Positions 10,418 through 17,772 are shown, numbered from the stretch's first letter. The stretch is DNA of 24,000 nt from Terriglobia bacterium (GCA_963823095.1 CAWGKI010000019.1:309705-333704); one strand, 5' to 3'. Translations and numbers: made by a program. The notes: generated by a model from the sequence alone, not told the origin.

Positions 10418-10636
10418 ATGCGCGAACTCGAGCTGCTTTCCGTAGTTGCGCTGCTGGAAGACGTCTCCGGTAAGGGTCTCCTGCGTGGCCAGGTCGGCAC
10501 CGTGGTCGAGCGGCTTGCTGCCGGTGTATACGAGGTCGAGTTCAGCGACGACGAGGGGCGTTCGTACGCGGAGCTTCCGCTGCGGGCGGAACAGTTGCTC
10601 CAACTGCATCACGAGCCGACTCATCGGGCGGCCTGA
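10418..10636 (+). CDS. DUF4926 domain protein
   Basis: 72 aa from ATG 10418, with GAGGTG 5 nt upstream. MRELELLSVVALLEDVSGKGLLRGQVGTVVERLAAGVYEVEFSDDEGRSYAELPL is the typical DUF4926 pattern. The annotated ORF start at 10388 is probably too early. Confidence 0.65.
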   Translation: MRELELLSVVALLEDVSGKGLLRGQVGTVVERLAAGVYEVEFSDDEGRSYAELPLRAEQLLQLHHEPTHRAA

Positions 10637-10796
10637 ACAGGCGACCGGCGACCGGGGACAGCCTGACCCGTCCCATCTGCAACTCATTGAGCGCAGGGAA
10701 TTTGGTGAATCAGAGCAGGTGAGTATCAGATTCCTCCCGCCCCCATGCTGCTTGCCCGCCGCTTGATCGTATATCCGATAACCCCAGACAGAGTCC

Positions 10797-10991
10797 ATCG
10801 GCTGGGACGGAGCGCTCTACGATTGCGACTTCAACCAGATGCTGGGCCTCGAAACGAACCACGGCGCGCCCGCCCACATCCGCGACTTTTTCGTGGAGAT
10901 GCTCAACCGGCGGCAGATTGTCACCGGTCAGCATTGCTATGCTTGCACCGCCGGCGGCGGGTCGAGTTGCACGGGCGCGAGCGTCAAGTAG
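10797..10991 (+). pseudogene. 5'-truncated copy of the arsS 3' end (last 64 codons plus stop), copy 1
   Basis: Translates without interruption as IGWDGALYDCDFNQMLGLETNHGAPAHIRDFFVEMLNRRQIVTGQHCYACTAGGGSSCTGASVK*. The first 68 nt differ from arsS 9788-9855 at 1 position. The remaining 127 nt differ at about 17 positions, mostly synonymous. Confidence 0.9.
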
Positions 10992-11002
10992 TCAGCCGGC
11001 CG

Positions 11003-11542
11003 TTACTGGATCTTGGCCAGTTCCTGCTCGATCACACGCTTCATCTGCTCGAATTCCGCCGCTTCGTACCCGGAGGATTGGAATGCAATCCTGCCGTCGG
11101 CCCCGACCACGTAACTGCGCGGAATGCCGGCATTCGCAAACCGTTTGTAGATGGCGCGGTGCGGATCTGCGGCCAGCGGATAAGTAACGCGAAGCTTCGG
11201 CAACTCCTTGAGGATCACACCCTGCGTCTGTTCTCGCGCAATACCGACCATGGCGAACTTGCGGGACTTGAATCGGAGCCAGACTTCCTTCTCCAACTGC
11301 GGCATCTCCCCGCGGCACGGCCCACACCACGTCGCCCAGAAGTTCACCAGCAGGACTTTCCCCTTGAGGTTCTGTACATCGAACTTCTCACCCTTGATGC
11401 TGGACACCGTGAACGCAGGCATAGCTTGGCCAACCTTGGTGTACGTCTCCCACTTCACATCGGCAGGTGCAGCGTCCTGACCGCTGGCGAAGAACTGAGC
11501 CGTCAGTACCGCAATTGGCAACCAGCGGATCGATCTCATCAT
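11003..11542 (-). CDS. TlpA/ResA-family thiol-disulfide oxidoreductase (redoxin), secreted or periplasmic
   Basis: Start MMRSIRWLPIAVLTAQFFASGQ (signal peptide) at ATG 11542. Thioredoxin motif LVNFWATWCGPCRGEMP. The longer ORF reaching 11737 has no support. Confidence 0.85.
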   Translation of the reverse strand: MMRSIRWLPIAVLTAQFFASGQDAAPADVKWETYTKVGQAMPAFTVSSIKGEKFDVQNLKGKVLLVNFWATWCGPCRGEMPQLEKEVWLRFKSRKFAMVGIAREQTQGVILKELPKLRVTYPLAADPHRAIYKRFANAGIPRSYVVGADGRIAFQSSGYEAAEFEQMKRVIEQELAKIQ

Positions 11543-11724
11543 GTCGTCTTGCCCTTCGTCTGAATCGTACCGCACGAGCGGAGAAGAGGAGTTGCGCGTG
11601 CCCACTTTGGAGGGGTGTGCGACATAGAAGTGGACGCTAGCGTAATTCGCTGGCAAGGTGGCCGCAAGCCGGGCGTATGAGCAGGCCAGGCGGAAGGCGC
11701 GGTTGGGGCAGCTTGGTAAGCTGC

Positions 11725-12018
11725 GGCCGATTGGCAATCGGCCCTGGAGATTCTACATTTAAGCACGGCTGCATCAGGCCAAGATAGAAGAGGCGTGAGC
11801 GCGTTGTATCAGGGCATGGCTTCAGCCGTGCCGTAAGAACGCGCTCAGTCCAGGGCTTTAGCCGCCGCTGCTTTCCGGCTGCGCCGTTCACAGGGGCTAA
11901 AGCCCAATTCCTTTCCGCAACGGTTCGGCACGGCTAAAGCCATGCCCTGATACAAAGCCGGCCATGCCCAAATGCACCACCAGATGTAGAAACTGCAGGG
12001 CCGATTGTCAATCGGCCC
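11725..12018. repeat. triple-nested palindromic element (~294 bp), MITE/REP-like
   Basis: Outer inverted repeat: ccgattggcaatcggccctggagattctacat (11727-11758) versus atgtagaaactgcagggccgattgtcaatcgg (11985-12016). Middle: ttgtatcagggcatggcttcagccgtgccg (11804-11833) versus cggcacggctaaagccatgccctgatacaa (11926-11955), 29/30 complementary. Inner: gggctttagcc versus ggctaaagccc. Confidence 0.85.
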
Positions 12019-12046
12019 ACTTGCACTTTGGCGCGAGACGGCGGCG

Positions 12047-12074
12047 TTGACACGTTCCGCCGGTTTGTTATGCT
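12047..12074 (+). promoter_or_regulatory. candidate sigma70-type promoter of the AbrB/RelE module
   Basis: TTGACA (12047-12052), a 16-nt spacer, then TATGCT (12069-12074), 51 nt upstream of ATG 12126. Confidence 0.4.
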
Positions 12075-12084
12075 ACCGGCAGGG

Positions 12085-12099
12085 GTCAGGATTCCTGAC
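12085..12099 (+). promoter_or_regulatory. candidate operator palindrome
   Basis: gtcagg-att-cctgac is a perfect 6-bp inverted repeat just downstream of the putative -10 element. TA antitoxins typically autoregulate at sites in this position. Confidence 0.3.
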
Positions 12100-12125
12100 T
12101 TCCGGATTTAGTGAACATTCGGCAT

Positions 12126-12475
12126 TATGAACTCGACTACCAGAATTCAGCACAAGGGCCAGGTGACCATTCCCACTCGCGTCCGCGAACTCGCCGGGTT
12201 GTCGAAGGGCGACCTGGTGGAGTTTTCTTTTCAACGCGGCAAGATCGTCATCACGCCGAAGCTGATTGATTGACCGTTCGAAGTTTCCGAACGCCGGCAA
12301 CGAGTACACGCCGGAGCAGCGCCGCGTGATCGACGGCCGCCTGGCTTTGGCCGACGCCGACATCAAGGCGGGCCGCGTATCCAAAACCTTCTCGAACGCC
12401 GGCGATTTCATCGCCGATTTGCAGAAAGCAGTCAAGAAGAACCGCAAGGCCGCAAGTAAACGCGCCGCCAAATGA
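12126..12475 (+). pseudogene. AbrB/MazE/SpoVT-type antitoxin with C-terminal extension, disrupted by two small insertions
   Basis: MNSTTRIQHKGQVTIPTRVRELAGLSKGDLVEFSFQRGK is in frame 0. The canonical continuation IVITPKLI is in frame +1, after the aaa at 12240-12242. The rest, LIDRSKFPNAGNEYTPEQRRVIDGRLALADADIKAGR...KRAAK*, is in frame +2, after an apparent gatt/gatt 4-nt duplication at about 12264-12271. Confidence 0.65.
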
Positions 12476-12717
12476 ACATTCGCCGAACCACTCACTTCGA
12501 TCGCGCCTACGGCAAAGCGCCTGAGGATATCCAGGCCGCATTTAACAAACAACTGGTACTCCTGCTTCAGAACCTCCGCCATCCCTCGCTCCACGCCAAG
12601 AAATACGACGAAGGTCAAGACCGCTGGTAGGCTCGTGTCACTCGCGACTGGCGATTCTATTTTCGAATCGAAGATGACACGTACATCCTGCTCGACATCA
12701 TCCCTCGCCCCAAGTAG
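12472..12717 (+). pseudogene. RelE/ParE-family toxin with an in-frame TAG
   Basis: The ATG overlaps the antitoxin stop (aATGa). MNIRRTTHFDRAYGKAPEDIQAAFNKQLVLLLQNLRHPSLHAKKYDEGQDRW-TAG(12628-12630)-ARVTRDWRFYFRIEDDTYILLDIIPRPK*. The family pattern continues in frame across the stop codon. Confidence 0.75.
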
Positions 12718-12814
12718 TAGTCATTCAATCCTGCATCGACTCGCTCAGCCCACCAAGTATCTTTCGAACGAGGTGGCTGGCAATAACTGACGCTCCCCCT
12801 CCGTCCTGTTCGCG

Positions 12815-13129
12815 ATCGGCCGCTTCCGCGATTTCCGGGATGCCAGCGGAAAATGCGAAGCGTACATGCAGCGGCTGGTGCAGGCGTACAACCCCGTGGC
12901 GGCGGCGGGGGTGATGTGCCGCTATACGCGGCCCATCGGCTGGGATGGAACGCTTTTCGACTGCGACTTCAACCAGATGCTGGGCCTATCGACCAACCAC
13001 GGCGCACCCACGCACATCCGCGACTTTTCCGTGGAAATGCTCAACCGGCGGCAGATCGTCACCGGCCAGCACTGCTACGCGTGTACGGCGGGCGGTGGCT
13101 CGAGTTGCACGGGCGCGAGCGTCAAGTGA
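12815..13129 (+). pseudogene. 5'-truncated copy of the arsS 3' end (last 104 codons plus stop), copy 2
   Basis: IGRFRDFRDASGKCEAYMQRLVQAYNPVAAAGVMCRYTRPIGWDGTLFDCDFNQMLGLSTNHGAPTHIRDFSVEMLNRRQIVTGQHCYACTAGGGSSCTGASVK*. It is colinear with arsS 9668-9982 with no indels and roughly 14-20% nt divergence. Weak similarity may extend to about 12808. Confidence 0.9.
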
Positions 13130-13333
13130 TCTGTCCCCGGAATTACCCTTTTGCCGGATTTGCTGTGCCTGAATGCGAAAGGCTTGATTATACCGAAGAT
13201 GGAGCATAACATGCATAGCGAGTAAACAGGCTCTCCACATAATTGCGAACTATACAGAAGACGCAAACTTGTGCGAGCCTTTTGCGTGGTTTTGGAAAAC
13301 GTTCGTGAAACTGGATCATCATGTGGAGGATGA

Positions 13334-13750
13334 ATGAAGTTACTTACTTGGTTCGGAACTAACGTAACATTACGATATGCTTTGCTGATGGTGTTGGCCG
13401 CCTCGGTCGGTCCGGGGGTCGTAGCCGCATATTCGCAATGCAGCGGGTGTGACTGCATGAAATCGTGCGGCGATGGAGCAACGAGCAGCTCGGGAACGCG
13501 CTGTAGTACGTGCAACGTGAATGGCTCTGGATCGACGCCGTGTTATTGGCGGAATTGCACCAACACGAAGACGTGTTGGACATGGAGCGCGGATTTGTCC
13601 ATTTGCATTCCGACATCACACTGCGGCCCCGTAAACCCTCCTCAGGGATCCTGTACTGACCACTACTCGGATGCGTGCATCCAAAGTGGCAGCAATTGCG
13701 CCTGTGACCATATGAGCTGCGACGATCCTTTGTGCGGGTCGAAAACGTGA
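13334..13750 (+). CDS. secreted cysteine-rich small protein (17 Cys in about 105 mature residues), function unknown
   Basis: GGAGG lies 5 nt upstream of ATG 13334. The signal-like N-terminus ends ..ALLMVLAASVGPGVVAA/YSQ. The mature part is rich in C/S/T/G/N (CSGCDCMKSC..CSTCNVNGSGSTPC..CTNTKTC..CACDHMSCDDPLC). The local GC content is lower than in the flanking DNA. Confidence 0.6.
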   Translation: MKLLTWFGTNVTLRYALLMVLAASVGPGVVAAYSQCSGCDCMKSCGDGATSSSGTRCSTCNVNGSGSTPCYWRNCTNTKTCWTWSADLSICIPTSHCGPVNPPQGSCTDHYSDACIQSGSNCACDHMSCDDPLCGSKT

Positions 13751-13773
13751 GACAAGCAACAAAGAGGTGGATC

Positions 13774-14598
13774 ATGAAGTACAGAATTCTGCTACTTGTA
13801 GGCATCGTCGCTTTATCGACGTTCGCGTCGTTCGGCGTTCGGTCCTGGTTTCGAGGGCAAGCGGTAAGGGCCAATGAAAAGCGTGTGGCCGACACTGTTG
13901 CAGCTCTTCCGCCAATTGTGCCAGCCACCGTAACATTTAAAGAGATCCTCAGCGCCCCGGGTAAATCCGATATCCTCTCCACAGAACGCCAGTATGCTGT
14001 TCGTGTGGATGGATCTGAGGTGTGGACCGACCGGCAACATACCAATGCAGGCGACATATACCTCACTCACTGGCACATGCGTTTAAGTGATGGGACGGAC
14101 GCAGAGGGCGACGATGTGACAAAAACGATGACGGCGGTGAGGGTGCCGTCATCCAGATCGGATAGGGTGCTAGAGAGATGGGATCCTAATTCGGGATGTA
14201 CCACCCAGGCGAGCGGTTTCAACAAGACTCCTGCGCCAGTGGCTGAGGAGACACTCTTGGGCATCAACACGATGAAGATTGCATTGAGCGATTCGAAAAC
14301 TGCGCGTATCACTGTGTGGCGAGCACCCGGCTTGAACTGTCTCGAACTGCGCCGTTTAGCGGAGTTTATGAACTCGGACGGTTCCGTGAAGGATGCCAGC
14401 GATCTAGTCGCCACCGAAGTACTGCTTGGTGAGCCAAACGGTTCGCTGTTCCTTCTTCCGACAGGGGAAGAAAACGTTAGCTATTCAGAACGTTACAGGC
14501 GCCTTGCTGCCGCCCAAGGTGGTCAACCCAACGAGAGTGATCTACAATCTCTTCAACGTAGCGACAAGGTATTCTCGAGATATGCGCTCAACCCCTAA
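13774..14598 (+). CDS. hypothetical N-terminally anchored or secreted protein, 274 aa
   Basis: AGAGGTGG lies 4 nt upstream of ATG 13774. N-terminus MKYRILLLVGIVALSTFASFGV. No family recognised. Same strand and same lower-GC block as the Cys-rich gene, starting 24 nt after its stop. Confidence 0.55.
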   Translation: MKYRILLLVGIVALSTFASFGVRSWFRGQAVRANEKRVADTVAALPPIVPATVTFKEILSAPGKSDILSTERQYAVRVDGSEVWTDRQHTNAGDIYLTHWHMRLSDGTDAEGDDVTKTMTAVRVPSSRSDRVLERWDPNSGCTTQASGFNKTPAPVAEETLLGINTMKIALSDSKTARITVWRAPGLNCLELRRLAEFMNSDGSVKDASDLVATEVLLGEPNGSLFLLPTGEENVSYSERYRRLAAAQGGQPNESDLQSLQRSDKVFSRYALNP

Positions 14599-15055
14599 GA
14601 AACGTGGCTGAGCCGCGCGCAATAGAGACCGCGACAGGCCGAAGGAGGGGACTGTGCAAGTTCTCCCCTCTCTCGGCCGAAAGCACGGGGCTCACCACGT
14701 TGTGCGGACCATTGGCTCCGTTCTAATCCGGGGACGCAAACACCGTTCGGCCACCTGGCGCAATCAAGCACCAAAGAACTCCAGACGACCACAGCCCGAC
14801 GACAGGTTTCCAACGCGGCGAGTCATGCACTTGGCGCCACGCGGCGCGCTTGCGCCTGGGTCTATACCCTTGGCGGCGAAGAGAAATCGGCTGATTCGCG
14901 AAGCAAAACCGCAAGGCCTTACTGAAATTCCACTGTATCTTACAGATTCTAAAGAGGCGTTTCGGTAAGCCTTACGGTTTTGCAGTCGCGCTCGACGCAG
15001 TTTTCCTGTCCCGAAGCATGCGAAACACATAGCCGGAGCGGATGCCATGCCGCTC

Positions 15056-15435
15056 ATGGAGGATACACTAATCCGGGTAAATCCGAGAATCCGCGGATAG
15101 GATAGGCGATTCGCTCAAATGCCTTCGTGATTTCCCCGAAGATGCCCGGCACGATGCGGGTTATCAACTGGACACAAGTACAGACAAAGTACGAGCGGGG
15201 AACAGCCGGATGATTTCAAGTCCTATGCCGGCCATCGGCAAGGGTGTCGAGGAGATTCGCGTTTCGGATGACAGCGGCGCTTATCGTGTGATCTACGTCG
15301 CCAAACGCGCGGATGCCGTGTACGTGCTGCACGCTTTCCAGAAGAAGACGCAGGCAACTCCGAAGCCGCATCTACGAAAGGACTATCGATGCGGCGAAAA
15401 GACGATTTGCGCAACTGCTGAGAGGTGCGAAATGA
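15056..15435 (+). pseudogene. HigB/Gp49-like (RelE/ParE superfamily) toxin, multiply frame-disrupted
   Basis: Family-like strings are split across frames. IGDSLKCLRDFPEDARHDAGYQLD and PMPAIGKGVEEIRVSDDSGAYRVIYVAKRADAVYVLHAFQKKTQATPKP are in frame 0. QVQTKYERG is in frame 1 and GEQPDDFK in frame 2 (15172-15220). The C-terminus IYERTIDAAKRRFAQLLRGAK* is in frame 1, ending at TGA 15433-15435. The only upstream ATG (15056) runs into TAG 15098. Confidence 0.6.
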
Positions 15436-15713
15436 GCAAACCCGAGAGCTATTTGAGTGTTTGGGATGCGATCGCGGACACGCCCGAGCAGGCTGCGAAC
15501 CTGAGGGCGCGCGCCGAACTGATGCAGAAGATCACGGCCATCGTAAAGCAGCAGGATTGGACCCAGGCCGAGGCCGCGAGCCGCTGCGGGGTGACGCAGC
15601 CACGGATCAACGATTTGCTGCGCGGCCGGGTCTCGCGCTTCTCGCTTGACGCGTTGGTAAACATCGCCACGGCGCTGGGGTGCCGCGTGCGGGTAGATCT
15701 TGAAGCTGCCTGA
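15432..15713 (+). CDS. XRE-family HTH antitoxin (HigA-like)
   Basis: 93 aa, with the ATG overlapping the toxin stop (aATGa). MSKPESYLSVWDAIADTPEQAANLRARAELMQKI...WTQAEAASRCGVTQPRINDLLRGRVSRFSLDALVNIATALG is the typical partner of Gp49-like toxins. Confidence 0.8.
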   Translation: MSKPESYLSVWDAIADTPEQAANLRARAELMQKITAIVKQQDWTQAEAASRCGVTQPRINDLLRGRVSRFSLDALVNIATALGCRVRVDLEAA

Positions 15714-15902
15714 GCGGCCGCCGGGCCGGGATCGCGAGACGCACCAGCTTTGGCGGAGAGTAAAGGGCAGGACTCCCTCCTCGCGCTGGGTGACTTTCTT
15801 CTTGACCCAACGACTCAGCCTTCGGTGACAGTTTACGATCCTGGGGCAGTATGCTCAAATCCCAAGCCCGACGTGATCGGTCTCACGCGCCGATTCAGAG
15901 GC

Positions 15903-16013
15903 CTACCGCTCGATATGCCGCTTGACGGCATCTGTGAACTGCCGGGTTGTCGCAGAGCCGCCGAGATCGCACGTCAGCACGTCGCCCTGCCTGAACGCCA
16001 CCATGACGGCCTT
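15903..16013 (-). pseudogene. 5'-truncated copy of the icd 3' end (last ~36 codons plus stop)
   Basis: The minus-strand translation ..KAVMVAFRQGDVLTCDLGGSATTRQFTDAVKRHIER* matches the icd C-terminus ..KAIMAAFRQGDVLTRDLGGRATTRQFTDAVKRHIES* (19868-19978). Nucleotide identity is about 70% with no indels. Confidence 0.8.
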
Positions 16014-16068
16014 GGGCGTGACATCCAAGCACCGTGCGCTACAAGTGTCGTGAGCTACCAGCATTTGG

Positions 16069-16422
16069 ATGGATAATGGGCCTGTGATGACCAAGCAGGA
16101 GACTATTGCCGAGATCACTCGCCGGCTCGTCGAATTCTACCGGCCGGCATGTATCTACCTTTTCGGCTCGGAGGCGAGAGGCGAGTCCGGGCCCGACAGC
16201 GATCTGGATTTCTGTGTTGTCCTGCCCGACGATGCGCCGGCGAGCTTATACCGCGACCGGAGTATCCACCGGCGCTTTTGGGGCTTGGGTGTGGCTGTGG
16301 ATATCGTTCGTTTGCCCCGCAACGACTTTGAAGCGCGCGCCGCGCATGTTGTCGCTTCACTGCCGGCAACCATTCTGCGCGAAGGGAGGCTGCTCTATGA
16401 CGCCGGACGAATTGCTGCGTAA
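16069..16422 (+). CDS. nucleotidyltransferase-domain protein (MNT-type antitoxin)
   Basis: LFGSEARGESGPDSDLDFCVVL is the GSxxRGx(n)DxD minimal-NTase motif. 117 aa. An alternative start exists at ATG 16087. Confidence 0.8.
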   Translation: MDNGPVMTKQETIAEITRRLVEFYRPACIYLFGSEARGESGPDSDLDFCVVLPDDAPASLYRDRSIHRRFWGLGVAVDIVRLPRNDFEARAAHVVASLPATILREGRLLYDAGRIAA

Positions 16423-16801
16423 AGAGGCGGCAAAGTGGCTCCGCGAGGCGGAAAAAGACCGCAACGCCGCGCGAGTCCTGGCGGACGTCGAGCCGTCGCG
16501 CTCAGTCTTTCACAGCCAGCAGGCTGCGGAAAAGGCCATCAAAGCGTTTCTCACGTTTCGCCAGATTGCCTTCCGGAAGACGCATGACCTCTCCGACCTG
16601 GGAGCGCAATGTGCGGCGTTGGACCCGACTCTCGAATCAACGCTGCGGGATGCCGAGGAACTGACCGACTATGCGTCGGCTTTCCGGTATCCGGATTCGC
16701 CATATGAACCCGATGCCGCGGAAGCGGCCCAGGCGTTGACGCTGGCTGCCCGGCTCGGCGAGGAAATACAGCAACGAATCGCCGCAAACGGGACCTTTTG
16801 A
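16397..16801 (+). CDS. HEPN-domain protein (toxin partner of MNT)
   Basis: 134 aa from ATG 16397, with GAAGGGAGG upstream. WLREAEKDRNAARVLAD...FHSQQAAEKAIKAFL...KTHDLSDL carries the HEPN Rx4-6H-type region. It overlaps the NTase gene by 26 nt, the classic MNT-HEPN arrangement. Confidence 0.8.
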   Translation: MTPDELLRKEAAKWLREAEKDRNAARVLADVEPSRSVFHSQQAAEKAIKAFLTFRQIAFRKTHDLSDLGAQCAALDPTLESTLRDAEELTDYASAFRYPDSPYEPDAAEAAQALTLAARLGEEIQQRIAANGTF

Positions 16802-16935
16802 TGTATCTGGAGGCAGCATGCTTAATCCCCAAGCCCCACGCTGATCAGGTTGCCCAGAGCATGTAGCGCAAAATGCACAGAGGGGCAAAAGGGCAAAGGT
16901 CTTAATTCCCGGGAACGTATGTGTTGCCCTAAAAC

Positions 16936-17289
16936 TTGGTAGAGCTACTCGAATACGTGAATGCCGCTGGGATTTCTCCCTCTGCGATGTGGCGCGAGAA
17001 ACTCGATGCGACAACCCGGGCGCGGGTCACGGTCGCAGTTCTCAGGCTGGAGACCGGCAAGTTCTCAACTGTCTAAGGCGCTGGGTCCTGCATTCTCGAA
17101 ATGCGCCTGGATTTCGGCCCCGGCTATCGTGTGTATTTCGGCAAAGACGGAGAGCAGTTGACGATCCTGCTTGGCGGCGGCACGAAGAAGCGGCAAGAGT
17201 CCGATATCAAAGCGGCGCAAACGCTCTGGCATGAATCCAAGCGGACGAAAGGGGGGCGGGGGAACGATGGCAAACACGCGGAGATTTAG
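16936..17289 (+). pseudogene. addiction-module killer protein (RelE/ParE superfamily, HI1419-like) with an in-frame TAA
   Basis: (TTG 16936) VELLEYVNAAGISPSAMWREKLDATTRARVTVAVLRLETGKFSTV-TAA(17074-17076)[55 protein letters not shown]... The stop is in frame. The family normally has Lys or a similar residue at this position. Confidence 0.7.
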
Positions 17290-17599
17290 CGAGACGGTTA
17301 AGGCGGACCTCGAAAGGAATGTGGAGTTTCGCCGTGCACTCCTGAGCGAAGCTGTAGCTTGCATGGTCTCGGGAGATTTGGAGACGGGGAAAGTCGTTCT
17401 GCGCGAGTACGTCAACGGGACGGTTGGATTCCTCAAACTCGGGTCGGATCTTGGCCGGTCCCCGAAGAGCCTGATGCGGATGCTCAGTCCGGCAGGGAAC
17501 CCGCAAGCGCGGAATCTATTTGAGATGGTCGCCTATCTGCAGAAGATTGAAGGCACCGTGCTCGAAGTCCGCCCAAGCAACAACAAAGTCGCGGCGTGA
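17267..17599 (+). CDS. addiction-module antidote protein (HI1420-like HTH)
   Basis: 110 aa from ATG 17267: [49 protein letters not shown]...[31 protein letters not shown]. It overlaps the killer gene's 3' end by 23 nt. Confidence 0.8.
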   Translation: MANTRRFSETVKADLERNVEFRRALLSEAVACMVSGDLETGKVVLREYVNGTVGFLKLGSDLGRSPKSLMRMLSPAGNPQARNLFEMVAYLQKIEGTVLEVRPSNNKVAA

Positions 17600-17772
17600 C
17601 CCGCCGGGTTCTCGTTTGAACCGAGCAAGATCTCAAGGGCAGCGACGTCTGACCCGCGCTCAAGTGTCTGAACTGCCCCAAGTAGCAGCCGTCGGGCTTT
17701 CCAGGCTTGGTTCGATTCGTCGGACCGGGTTTGGCCCCCGAGGATGAGACCCCGGCCGATTGCCTACGCTGG

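Noticed and set aside
12866-13129. The 87-aa ORF taken as an independent small gene
   Set aside because: It is colinear with the arsS C-terminus and the homology extends upstream of its ATG to about 12815. It lacks the radical-SAM core and has no Shine-Dalgarno site.
15210-15713. The 167-aa ORF taken as a single protein
   Set aside because: It is an artefactual fusion of the frameshifted toxin core and the HTH antitoxin. The toxin's real C-terminus and stop codon (15433-15435) are in another frame, and the antitoxin has its own ATG at 15432.
12628-17076. Stop-codon recoding (pyrrolysine, readthrough, or an alternative genetic code) to explain the in-frame TAG and TAA in two toxins
   Set aside because: Two different stop codons are involved. 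TAG and TAA are used as ordinary terminators by neighbouring genes (TAG in the intact killer-gene end at 17287-17289, TAA in arsS and the M24 peptidase), and no Pyl machinery is visible. Toxin inactivation is the simpler reading.
17709-17718. A tRNA-like T-loop string (ggttcgattc) that might mark a tRNA or tRNA-derived att site
   Set aside because: The flanking bases do not form a T-stem (cttgg versus cgtcg are not complementary), and no acceptor or anticodon arms can be drawn.
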